Part shown: positions 9,294 through 18,497 of the stretch, in pieces
Numbering within the stretch: the stretch's first letter is position 1
Layout of the letters: each line of letters begins with the position of its first letter
DNA from: Sedimentisphaerales bacterium
GTDB lineage: Bacteria > Planctomycetota > Phycisphaerae > Sedimentisphaerales > SM23-30
Assembly: GCA_963666285.1 (NCBI GenBank)
Contig: OY762711.1
Direction: 5' to 3' (one strand)
Length of the DNA: 64,000 nt
Made by a program: the position numbers and the translations under genes
The notes under the pieces: model-generated
Told to the model about the DNA's origin: nothing
The model's input: only the letters and a program-made list of their open reading frames with translations
Databases searched by the model: none

Positions 9294-11005
9294 TGAAGTA
9301 TTTTATGGATGAGCATCTAAAGACAATTATATCAGAATACGCTTTGAAGCGTGTTGATAAAACTATAACTCAGGAAGAATTTGAAAAGTTTAATGCAATT
9401 TTGAAGTCTGACAGTGAATCTGCCAGGTTTTATAACGAACTTATGATGACATTTTTGAATTTCGAAGAGTTTGGCGAAAAGATTGCTGCTTCTGAAAATG
9501 CCTCGCAATATCCTCTCGATGAAGAAACACTTCAAATACTTGCTCAAACAGAGAAAGTAGCACCAGAAGTGGTGGTTGAAGATACTGGTACAGTGATTGT
9601 CGAATCAGCAAAAAATGAACCGATCAGTAAAAAACCGAACAAGTTTTTTCGGATATACAATATTTTAGTATCAGCTGCAGCAGTTCTGTTTTTTATGTTT
9701 ATTCTATATGCTCATGTATTTCCACCGCATTATTCAGTTCAGGTAGCGTCTGTAGTAGATCAGGTCGAAGTGCAGTGGAATAGTGCTTCAGAAAAGCTTG
9801 GTATTGATGACAGGGTATTGACCAATCAGCCGCCTTATATTCTTGATAAAGGGATTGTCAAGCTTTTGTATGATGAAGGTGTTGATGTTTTAATAGAAGG
9901 TCCGGCAGAATTCCAGGTTCTGGCAAAAGACAGGGTTGGACTGAAATATGGAAAAGTCTATTCTATTGTTTCAAATGGCGGATTAGGTTTTTCTGTTTAT
10001 ACTGATAATGCAAAAGTTATTGACCTTGGCACTGAGTTTGGTGTCCTGGTAGATTCTAACGGTGATACAGATATTCATGTGGTAAAAGGTAAGACTATGC
10101 TGATTGCCGGCGGAGAGTCTGATACTGTCAGTATGGAAATTCAAAAAGGCAGGGCCAGAAAAGTTTCTGCAAATAGTCGCAGTATAGTTGATATTGACTG
10201 TAAAGATAAACTTTTTGTAAGGAAGATAAACTCTGAAAATAACTTCGTCTGGCGGGGACACGACAGCATTTCTCTAGCTGATATTGTTGGTGGTGGAAGT
10301 GGTTTTGGCAGTGGCCGACTGGATTCCGGTATCAATATTAAATCTGGAAAAGTTGTTAACGATTTGCCTGGCAGTGGGTTGGATTATGGGATTGAAGGTT
10401 TTTTACCTGTTGTTAAGCTAAAATATGTTGATGGAGTTTTTTCTCCGGGGATTACCAAAGGTGATTTTATTACCGCTGACCAGACTTATAGCTATAAATT
10501 TCCTGAAACGGCTGGTTTTTACTGGGGTTATATCTTTAACGGCGCTTATCATGTAGGCTATGAAGTTCCGAAGCATTATCTAGAGTTAAACGGTATAACA
10601 TTTGGCTCAAAAGAGAACCCGGCGATTTCCATGCACCCTAATCTTGGTATTACCTTTGATCTGGAAGCCATTCGTACGGATTATCCTGATCTTAGACTGG
10701 TTAATTTCAAGTCATTAATAGGGATATCTCAAACGGTAAGACAATATGCTGAAAATAATAATAATATAGATGAAATTTATCAAGGTGGAAAAATAAATTC
10801 TGCTGTGGAGTTCTGGGTGATTATTGACGGAAATGAAGCAGTTCGTCAGAAACTTACAGATGTAGAAGATGCAGTTCAGATTGTTGTGCCAATTGAGCAA
10901 GATTCAAAGTATCTGACTCTTGCGACAACAGAAGTTAATAATACAATTTCCTATAGTTGGGCATTATTTGGTAATCCTGAATTGACAATAGAATTTTCTA
11001 AATAA
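9293..11005 (+). CDS. Membrane anti-sigma factor (TM + FecR + NPCBM/NEW2-like), paralog of 2926..4605
   Basis: VIDLGTEFGV FecR motif; MHPNLGITFDL...FWVIIDG...YLTLATT; long near-identical stretches with the first paralog. Confidence 0.85.
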   Translation: MKYFMDEHLKTIISEYALKRVDKTITQEEFEKFNAILKSDSESARFYNELMMTFLNFEEFGEKIAASENASQYPLDEETLQILAQTEKVAPEVVVEDTGTVIVESAKNEPISKKPNKFFRIYNILVSAAAVLFFMFILYAHVFPPHYSVQVASVVDQVEVQWNSASEKLGIDDRVLTNQPPYILDKGIVKLLYDEGVDVLIEGPAEFQVLAKDRVGLKYGKVYSIVSNGGLGFSVYTDNAKVIDLGTEFGVLVDSNGDTDIHVVKGKTMLIAGGESDTVSMEIQKGRARKVSANSRSIVDIDCKDKLFVRKINSENNFVWRGHDSISLADIVGGGSGFGSGRLDSGINIKSGKVVNDLPGSGLDYGIEGFLPVVKLKYVDGVFSPGITKGDFITADQTYSYKFPETAGFYWGYIFNGAYHVGYEVPKHYLELNGITFGSKENPAISMHPNLGITFDLEAIRTDYPDLRLVNFKSLIGISQTVRQYAENNNNIDEIYQGGKINSAVEFWVIIDGNEAVRQKLTDVEDAVQIVVPIEQDSKYLTLATTEVNNTISYSWALFGNPELTIEFSK

Positions 11006-11156
11006 AATAAATAATTTTGACTACTTAATAATTTTACAAGCAGAGGAGGCATAAGAAGATAACGTTCACTATTCGATTTGACAGTTAATGTCCTTTTTTA
11101 TTTAAGGACTAATTTATGACAAAGATGTACATTTATATTGAGAAAGGTAAGAAAAG

Positions 11157-13307
11157 ATGAAAATAAAGATTGTTATTTTACTGGCTATGTTGGGGATTTC
11201 CCTATCAGGTGTAAACGGTGCAGATAATGTGTTATATGAAGCAACTGACAGTCCCGGCAGTTCTCCTGACAGTATTACCATTGATGTTTGGACTGTTACT
11301 GGAGATGGTGGAAATGGCCGAAGCTATCTCCAGGGAATGCAGGATGGAAATGCTAATATGTGGACTATCTGGGACAGTAATGGTGATAATGGTACATATG
11401 CTGACCATTCTTTCGCCGGCGGTGCTCTCCTGATAGGGCAGACAGTTACTATGCAGTATGCCCACAACACTAATATTAATAATGGCAGAACCATAGGTAT
11501 TCGTTTTAAGGAAGGTTCAAGCTGTGAAGTAGAATTTGTATTTATTGGTGGAAATGACTACTATTCTAAATATGATACTGGGTCTGGTGTTTATGAATTG
11601 ACTGATAAAAGATATGATAATTATGATCTTTTTCAGGTTAAGTTCTCTTTAACCGGCTCAAATTCTTATGTTATCAGTGTGACAGAAGGATCAATTACTG
11701 ATAATGGATGGAAAGGTTCTGATGATGCAAACGCCGATCTTGGTGACGTTGTGGCAACCTGGGAAGGTACATTTACCGGTGCCGGTATTGATGGCATACA
11801 GGTATATACCGAAGGTGGTGATGGCAGTGATCAGTGGTTTGATAATCTGGAAATAAATGATGAATGGTTGTCTACGACACATAACTATTTACCTGAAAAT
11901 AAAGATGTTGATATTGTTGTAAGTGGTTTTGAATTCTCCTGGGATATTCCACAGGCCAGAACTTCTACCCAGGGTGTAAATACCCCAGCAGCCGGGCTTG
12001 ACTATTTTAACTTATATTATAACGTTGATGACCCTAATCTTGCGGCAGTTGATCCAATAGTTGTGTCTGAATGGGATTCCAACCTGAATGCAAGTTACGC
12101 TCCGACAACAGATTTGTCAAAAAATAGCACATGTTACTGGCGTGTAGATTCAGTTTATACTAATGGTACAGTCGTGCCTGGTGACAGTTTGAGTTTCAAT
12201 ACTGAATTAACAAAGGCTATTGTCACTTCTCAAGACAAATATGTAGCGGTTGATCCTGGAGCGACAGCATTTGTTACCGTAGATGTATATACTGAAACAG
12301 AAGCATCTTATCAGTGGTATAAGTATATTGATGGTGAAAATGATGGAATGCTGACCAATAGTGGTGATATTTCCGGTGCAACAACGGATGAACTAGCTAT
12401 TGCTAACGCAGAAGTTGCTGATGAAGGTCAATATTATTGTACAATCATTAATAGTTCAGAAATAGCAGTTTCATCTGACCCTGCAATTCTGGCAGTAAAA
12501 CGCAAACTTGCATACTGGACGTTCGAAGATGATAGTTTAGACAGTGTTGTACCGGGCAGTCCCGCTTCTGTTATTGTGGGCGATCCAAACTTTATGCCTG
12601 ATGGTATAGTTGGTAATTGTGTAGAGTTTGATAGCGGAGTAGACTTCTTCTATACAGATCCGGCGCAGGTTGCATATTTTGATAATTGTGATTACAACAT
12701 GACAGTTTCCTGCTGGGTTAAAACTGATGATACACAGGACTGGTGTCCATTTGTTGCTAAGAATGGTGAAGGTGAAGGCTGGCAATTGCGTCATTTCGGT
12801 GATACTGATGACAGACCTTGCTTTACAACTCGCGGCACAGGCTATGATGACGGAACACCGGCAAATAGAAGCGTTTATGACAATGAATGGCATTATGTAG
12901 TTGGTACTTATGACGGTTCGGTTAAGAAGGTTTATATTGATGGTGTTGTAAGTGTTGTTTATTCTTCAGATGACGGTTCATTTGTTAAAGATGGCGACGA
13001 GGTTACAGCACCTATTAATGCCAGCGTATCTCCTGTGGCAGTAGGTGGTCGCGTACGTGTTACTGATGAGGAAACTATCATTGAGGACTATAATAATACA
13101 TATGGTCTGTTTGATGAGGTAGAAATCTATAATTATGCATTAGATGCAGAGACAATTGCTCAAATTTATGCAAATATATCCGGCCAGGATGTATGCCTGG
13201 GACAGGTTTATGACCTGGACGGCAATTGTGTGGTTGATATTGCTGATTTTGCAGAATTAGCTTCAAAGTGGCTGGATAACGCTGTTGTTAGCCCGGAGCT
13301 AAACTAG
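11157..13307 (+). CDS. Secreted Ig/LamG multidomain protein with C-terminal dockerin-like motif, paralog of 150..2285
   Basis: Signal peptide; YWRVD, YQWYKYIDG, GWQLR, CFTTRGTG shared with 150..2285; C-terminal DLDGNCVVDIADFAELASKWL. Confidence 0.8.
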   Translation: MKIKIVILLAMLGISLSGVNGADNVLYEATDSPGSSPDSITIDVWTVTGDGGNGRSYLQGMQDGNANMWTIWDSNGDNGTYADHSFAGGALLIGQTVTMQYAHNTNINNGRTIGIRFKEGSSCEVEFVFIGGNDYYSKYDTGSGVYELTDKRYDNYDLFQVKFSLTGSNSYVISVTEGSITDNGWKGSDDANADLGDVVATWEGTFTGAGIDGIQVYTEGGDGSDQWFDNLEINDEWLSTTHNYLPENKDVDIVVSGFEFSWDIPQARTSTQGVNTPAAGLDYFNLYYNVDDPNLAAVDPIVVSEWDSNLNASYAPTTDLSKNSTCYWRVDSVYTNGTVVPGDSLSFNTELTKAIVTSQDKYVAVDPGATAFVTVDVYTETEASYQWYKYIDGENDGMLTNSGDISGATTDELAIANAEVADEGQYYCTIINSSEIAVSSDPAILAVKRKLAYWTFEDDSLDSVVPGSPASVIVGDPNFMPDGIVGNCVEFDSGVDFFYTDPAQVAYFDNCDYNMTVSCWVKTDDTQDWCPFVAKNGEGEGWQLRHFGDTDDRPCFTTRGTGYDDGTPANRSVYDNEWHYVVGTYDGSVKKVYIDGVVSVVYSSDDGSFVKDGDEVTAPINASVSPVAVGGRVRVTDEETIIEDYNNTYGLFDEVEIYNYALDAETIAQIYANISGQDVCLGQVYDLDGNCVVDIADFAELASKWLDNAVVSPELN

Positions 13308-13331
13308 TTATTTGTAAATAGTTACAACATT

Positions 13332-13369
13332 GGTTCCCTTTCGCTGATGCGGAAGGGAATCTTTTTTTT
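13332..13369 (+). terminator. Intrinsic terminator
   Basis: GGTTCCCTTTCGC-TGAT-GCGGAAGGGAATC stem (with G-U pairs) followed by T8. Confidence 0.85.
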
Positions 13370-13446
13370 GTTTAATTTTAACCTAAATATGTATTACTGA
13401 GGTTGTCTTAGTTAGTGATTTTAAGTTTTTGAGGTGGAATTTAGTT

Positions 13447-16251
13447 ATGTTAAGAAGTTTGCTTTGTATTTTACTAGTCGGATTATTTATTACATGCTCT
13501 TTTGGAAATGTAATATTAAAAGAGGATTTTTCCAGTGCGGTTTCCGATAACCCTTCAAAGGCGAAGGTTGGGTCAGGCAGCCTGGATTTCAGGTTTCATC
13601 AGGAATCCGGTAACCATCTGTGGATCAAGGATAATGATGCCGGTGTCAGGTTTAACCTGGCGACATCAATTGATGATGAGAATACCACTCCCGTGCTATA
13701 TATAAGCTTTTGTCTACGAAGCTTGAATAAAAGCTGTAAAGACAAGTTTGCCGGTGTCGTATTGTACGATGGTGATAAAGAAATGTTTGGCATGGGAAAC
13801 GACTATGGCTCGGAAAATTTTGCCTTTTGGGGGCCAGACGGCAGTACATTTCAGATAGGTGATACCAAAACCTATGTGGATGATGAAGTACATATGATAA
13901 TCTGTAAGATTGTGTTTCATAATGATGGTCCTGAAGATATTGAAGTTGGTATAGATCCTTTTGGCAACCGTAGTAAAGATCGTCAGCCAAAGACAATCTG
14001 GACCAGCTATCAAACAGAGCTGTCTTTTGATCAGATCAGGATACGCAGCGGTCATAATGACTGTACCTGGGAGTTTGATGAGCTTCGGCTGGGAACAGAC
14101 TGGTCGGATGTTATGCCGGCAGATGATAAGCTGGGGCCTGATTATCAGTGTTACATTGATAGTTCTATGCCGGGCGGCAAAAGTGAGATTATTCTCGATA
14201 ACGTAGCTCGATTTCTGCCTAAAAATGTGTCTATGGATGATGTTCAGCCTTCGTTGGCATTGAAAGCACCGAGGCAGAAGATAGGCAATGTTCCCGGCAG
14301 TTGGAAGATGAAACCTGTTTTTGGTACTCACGAAAACCGTAAGTATGTATTTTTTGATATACCATCAGAAATAGACCTTTATGGTACCGGAGAAGTAGTT
14401 GGCGGGCTGTTGCGTAACGGCCATAAAATCCGGCTGTTTAATATGGATAACTATGCATATCACGATGAGAGAGGGCTATACCAGTCTCATCCATGGGTGA
14501 TAGGTGTTCGTCTGGACGGAACAGCATTTGGCGTAATTTTTGATAGTACCTGGATATCTGAGCTTAACCTTCGGGCCGGTATTTTGTTTTCTGTGCCTGA
14601 CCGTGCACCATGGTTTCCTACAATTGTAATAGAGGGCAGTAGTCCGCAGGAGGTAATGGTTCGGCTGGGCGACTTGACAGGTACGATGCCTATGCCGCCA
14701 AGGTGGGCGTTAGGCTATCAGCAATGCCGATATTCCTACTTTCCTGATGCCAGGGCCAGGGAAATTGCAGATACTTTCAGGGCAAAGCAGATACCGTGTG
14801 ATGTAATCTGGTTTGATATTGATTATATGGATGGTTTCAGGATATTTACATTCTCGGAAGAGCATTATCCAGACCCGAAAGCAACTAATAACTATCTGCA
14901 TTCGCAGGGATTTAAGGGTATCTGGATGATTGATCCCGGAGTAAAGAATGAGCCTGGCTACTCGGTATATGACAGTGGTACGGCTGTAGATGCGTGGGTA
15001 AAACAAGCGTCAGGTAAGCCTTTTGTTGGTAAGGTGTGGCCTGGAGATTGTGTATTCCCAGATTTCACCAGTCCAGACGTTCGCAAATGGTGGAGTGGTT
15101 TGTATAAAGACTTTATGGCTAATGGTATAGATGGTGTCTGGAATGACATGAACGAACCGGCAGTTTTCGGCGGCGATGAGATGACAATGCCGATGGATAA
15201 TAAGTTCCGTGGCGGCGGTGGTTTGCAGCCTGGCACTCACGAGCAGTATCATAATGTATTTGGTATGTTGATGACGAAAGCTTCTCGGGCAGGTATCCAG
15301 GCGGCGAATCCAGATAAACGGCCATTTGTCTTGACGAGGGCGAATTATCTTGGCGGTCATCGGTATGCCGCGACCTGGACAGGAGATAATAATGCTACCT
15401 GGCAGCATTTGAAGTGGGCCGTTCCGATGTCATTGAACCTCGGCCTTTCAGGTCAGCCGTTTAACGGGCCTGATATTGGTGGCTTTTTGAGTAATGCCAC
15501 CCCAGATTTATGGGGCCATTGGATAGCGGTAGGTGCATTTTATCCTTTCAGCCGCTCGCATACTTGCGCAGGAACAGCGAACCAGGAGCCATGGGAGTTT
15601 GGTCCGGAAGTTGAATCAGCCGCACGTACGGCCTTACAGAGGCGTTATCGTTTGATGCCTTACCTGTATACAACATTCCAGGAATCACATAAGCAGGGGC
15701 TGCCGGTAATGCGTCCGATGTTTTTCGCTGACCCTGACGATTTGTCTTTACGTATGGAGGACAGGGTGTTTCTGGTTGGTTCTGACCTGATGGTAATACC
15801 TCGCTGGGCAGATAATGCAGCATGTCCGGCCGGTATCTGGCAGGCTGTAACAATTGCCGGTGAAGATCTCGGTAAGGATAAGTATCAGTGTGAGGTAAAG
15901 GTTCGCGGAGGTGCAATTGTGCCTTTAGGCCCGATAGTTCAGTCGACAGCAGAGATACCTGAAACCCAGGCTTTGACTTTGATGGTTGTACTGGATGAAA
16001 ATGGTAAGGCCTCAGGTAGATTGTATGAAGATGCCGGTGATGGGTACGATTACAGGCAGGGCGAATATTGCATTTTTGATTTTGATGCTGTTAAAAAAGG
16101 CAATAAAGTCGTTGTAAAATGTACTAAACAAACAGGAAGCCTGACCTTAGACAGCAGAATGGTAACTGTAACTGTGGTTGATGATAAAGGTACTTACCAT
16201 GGAAAAGGTGATATTATCAATGGTAAGGGAATAGCGATAATGATAGATTAG
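13447..16251 (+). CDS. Secreted/periplasmic GH31 alpha-glucosidase (glucosidase II-like) with an extra N-terminal beta-sandwich domain
   Basis: ATG at 13447 gives a signal peptide; IPCDVIWFDIDYM, GVWNDMNEP, WTGDN, GPDIGGF motifs; LYEDAGDG DUF5110-like C-terminus. Confidence 0.92.
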   Translation: MLRSLLCILLVGLFITCSFGNVILKEDFSSAVSDNPSKAKVGSGSLDFRFHQESGNHLWIKDNDAGVRFNLATSIDDENTTPVLYISFCLRSLNKSCKDKFAGVVLYDGDKEMFGMGNDYGSENFAFWGPDGSTFQIGDTKTYVDDEVHMIICKIVFHNDGPEDIEVGIDPFGNRSKDRQPKTIWTSYQTELSFDQIRIRSGHNDCTWEFDELRLGTDWSDVMPADDKLGPDYQCYIDSSMPGGKSEIILDNVARFLPKNVSMDDVQPSLALKAPRQKIGNVPGSWKMKPVFGTHENRKYVFFDIPSEIDLYGTGEVVGGLLRNGHKIRLFNMDNYAYHDERGLYQSHPWVIGVRLDGTAFGVIFDSTWISELNLRAGILFSVPDRAPWFPTIVIEGSSPQEVMVRLGDLTGTMPMPPRWALGYQQCRYSYFPDARAREIADTFRAKQIPCDVIWFDIDYMDGFRIFTFSEEHYPDPKATNNYLHSQGFKGIWMIDPGVKNEPGYSVYDSGTAVDAWVKQASGKPFVGKVWPGDCVFPDFTSPDVRKWWSGLYKDFMANGIDGVWNDMNEPAVFGGDEMTMPMDNKFRGGGGLQPGTHEQYHNVFGMLMTKASRAGIQAANPDKRPFVLTRANYLGGHRYAATWTGDNNATWQHLKWAVPMSLNLGLSGQPFNGPDIGGFLSNATPDLWGHWIAVGAFYPFSRSHTCAGTANQEPWEFGPEVESAARTALQRRYRLMPYLYTTFQESHKQGLPVMRPMFFADPDDLSLRMEDRVFLVGSDLMVIPRWADNAACPAGIWQAVTIAGEDLGKDKYQCEVKVRGGAIVPLGPIVQSTAEIPETQALTLMVVLDENGKASGRLYEDAGDGYDYRQGEYCIFDFDAVKKGNKVVVKCTKQTGSLTLDSRMVTVTVVDDKGTYHGKGDIINGKGIAIMID

Positions 16252-16453
16252 TGTCAGGTTTGAGCTGAAAACGAACTTGATAATTGTTGTATTGTACCGG
16301 CTGATAGTTATTTACGAAAAGTATATACTATCTGCCGGTAGATACAGTTCAGGGCCAAAGCATGGGATATTTTAGGCAACAGATTTTTCAGCTTGATCTT
16401 TGCGGTTACTATTTTGTTGCTGAGCGGAACAGGTTTGGCAGTTAATCTATGTG

Positions 16454-16482
16454 TTGACAAGTGTAATTGATATAGCTATATT
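16454..16482 (+). promoter_or_regulatory. Sigma70-type promoter candidate
   Basis: TTGACA-N17-TATATT upstream of the DUF1294-like gene. Confidence 0.5.
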
Positions 16483-16515
16483 TTTTGTATCGAAATATTA
16501 GTTACAATATTAATT

Positions 16516-16764
16516 TTGCTGAATGTGCTTGTTTTTCTGCTTTATGGGGTGGATAAACATTGTGCCAGGCATAATAAGCGGCGGATACCGGAAAAGACCT
16601 TGCTGATATTGGTCTTTTGGGGTGGTTCTATAGGTGCTATTTTGGGTGCTAAGCTGTTTCGGCATAAAACACGTAAGTTTAGTTATATAGCAAAGTTTGT
16701 GGTTGTGTTGTTACTGCAATTATCGGTTTTGTATCTGATATGGCGGTTCCTGGGACGACAATGA
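16516..16764 (+). CDS. DUF1294 family small membrane protein
   Basis: YGVDK..A....RRIPEKTL......GGSIGA..G...FRHKTRK signature; TTG start uncertain. Confidence 0.85.
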   Translation: MLNVLVFLLYGVDKHCARHNKRRIPEKTLLILVFWGGSIGAILGAKLFRHKTRKFSYIAKFVVVLLLQLSVLYLIWRFLGRQ

Positions 16765-17005
16765 CCAAGGCAGGCATAGCCTGCACCAGACCTCAGCAGG
16801 CTCGGAGATGAATAGAATTTGTAATGTCTAATGACCGTTCATTCTGAACGGACAGGCCCTTAGCAAGTCGTTTTAATATTCAGTTTTTATTGAGCGTTGT
16901 TTATATTAAAGACGAAACGAAGGTAACGTCTTAATAATATAGCGTAATAATTATTAAAATATGACAACTTAGCCCATTTATCGAAAGGGCAACAACTAAC
17001 CAAAG

Positions 17006-17734
17006 CTATGCTCTAGTAGGGGAGTTGATCAATGCTGCCATCTCTCTGGTAGCCTCTCGAATACCGGTAAAAATGCTGCGAGATATTATTCCATGGCCGA
17101 TATTAAAATCGCTGAAACCGGCCATTGCCGCTACTGGCTCGACGTTGCGGTATGTAAGTCCATGCCCGGCATGAACTACCATTCCTGTATCAAGTCCGGC
17201 CTTCAATCCGGCTTCCAGCTGCTTCAATCGCAGGCTTATCTGGCGACCGCTTTTGGCATTAGCATACGGTCCTGTATGGAGCTCAATTGCATCACACCCA
17301 GCATCAGCACACGCCTGGATTTGGTCAGAGTCAGCCATTATAAACGCAGATACTTCGATCCCTTTCTTGTGCATGCGTTTCACTACCGAACTCAGGGTTT
17401 TATACAGCTTTACGCAGTTAAGACCGCCTTCTGTTGTCAACTCTTCACGTTTCTCCGGCACCAGGGTAACGGCATGCGGCACCAGCTTAGCTGCATACCG
17501 AACCATAGACTCTGTCATCGCCATTTCAAGGTTGATCTTAAGATTAGATATCTCTTTTACGACCTCAACGTCTCGCTCCTGAATATGCCGGCGATCTTCA
17601 CGAAGGTGCATCGTTATACCTTTGGCACCACCCAGTTCGCATTCTACTGCTGCCCACGCCGGATCGGGTTCTACCGTCAATCTGGCTTGCCTTACTGTTG
17701 CTACGTGATCGATATTTACATTCAAATATGCCAT
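17006..17734 (-). CDS. pdxJ: Pyridoxine 5'-phosphate synthase
   Basis: LNVNIDHVATVRQAR, HLREDRRHI, LVPEKREELTTEGGL, HAGHGL, NIGH motifs. Confidence 0.97.
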   Translation of the reverse strand: MAYLNVNIDHVATVRQARLTVEPDPAWAAVECELGGAKGITMHLREDRRHIQERDVEVVKEISNLKINLEMAMTESMVRYAAKLVPHAVTLVPEKREELTTEGGLNCVKLYKTLSSVVKRMHKKGIEVSAFIMADSDQIQACADAGCDAIELHTGPYANAKSGRQISLRLKQLEAGLKAGLDTGMVVHAGHGLTYRNVEPVAAMAGFSDFNIGHGIISRSIFTGIREATREMAALINSPTRA

Positions 17735-17784
17735 GGTTATTTCCTTATGTAATTTATTCTTTTATAGAGTGTTGTGCCGGTTTA

Positions 17785-18426
17785 TCAATATAGAAGCCAG
17801 TCTGTAAGTTCTTTGAGCGAATCAACCATTTTGCAGCCGGCCTGACTGATTACATCTTTATTCTGGTGACCGCTTGTCAGCAATACACAGTCGACACCAA
17901 TTGCTTCTGCTACTTCATGATCATGCAGCGTATCGCCTACAAACAGCACCTTGTCAGGGGTGTGAGGCAGTTCTGTTATCCATTTTTTACCGTTTTCTAC
18001 CTTAGACCGTGCATAATAATCATCAAGTCCGATTATTTTCTCAAAAAAACTGGTTAGCCCAAAATGATCGATTGCCTCTTCCAGTCTCTGCTGGTGGTAG
18101 GCACTCAGAACCGAGTGTGTGTAACCGTTATTGGCTAATATTTTTAAGCTATCGGAACTGCCTTCGTGCAGCTTCATAACCGGTAATATGGCTAGATATT
18201 GCTCAATATAGTCATTTGCCATTTCTTCAAACGTGATTTTGCTAAAATCAAAGCCCAATGCTATATAAAAATTTATGACCGGGAAACAGGTTTCCTGGCG
18301 ATATCTTTCTATGCTTAAATGTCCTAAACCATGCTTTTGCATGAGGTTATCGACTACAGCGGCACAATCTGCAACATCGTCAAGCAAGGTACCGTTCCAG
18401 TCCCATATAATATGCTCGTATTTCAT
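17785..18426 (-). CDS. HAD family hydrolase (phosphoglycolate phosphatase-like)
   Basis: IIWDWNGTLLDD motif I, VGDTLHD motif IV. Confidence 0.9.
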   Translation of the reverse strand: MKYEHIIWDWNGTLLDDVADCAAVVDNLMQKHGLGHLSIERYRQETCFPVINFYIALGFDFSKITFEEMANDYIEQYLAILPVMKLHEGSSDSLKILANNGYTHSVLSAYHQQRLEEAIDHFGLTSFFEKIIGLDDYYARSKVENGKKWITELPHTPDKVLFVGDTLHDHEVAEAIGVDCVLLTSGHQNKDVISQAGCKMVDSLKELTDWLLY

Positions 18427-18497
18427 AAATGTATTCTATAAAATTTACCGATAAAATCAATTACCGTAATTACTTATTTTTATTGGAGATGTGGTGA

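Noticed and set aside
17093..17752. 219-aa plus-strand ORF and other shadow ORFs in the track (e.g. 13714-14331, 56629-57201, 62154-62675)
   Set aside because: Antisense or out-of-frame to well-supported genes, with no recognisable motifs
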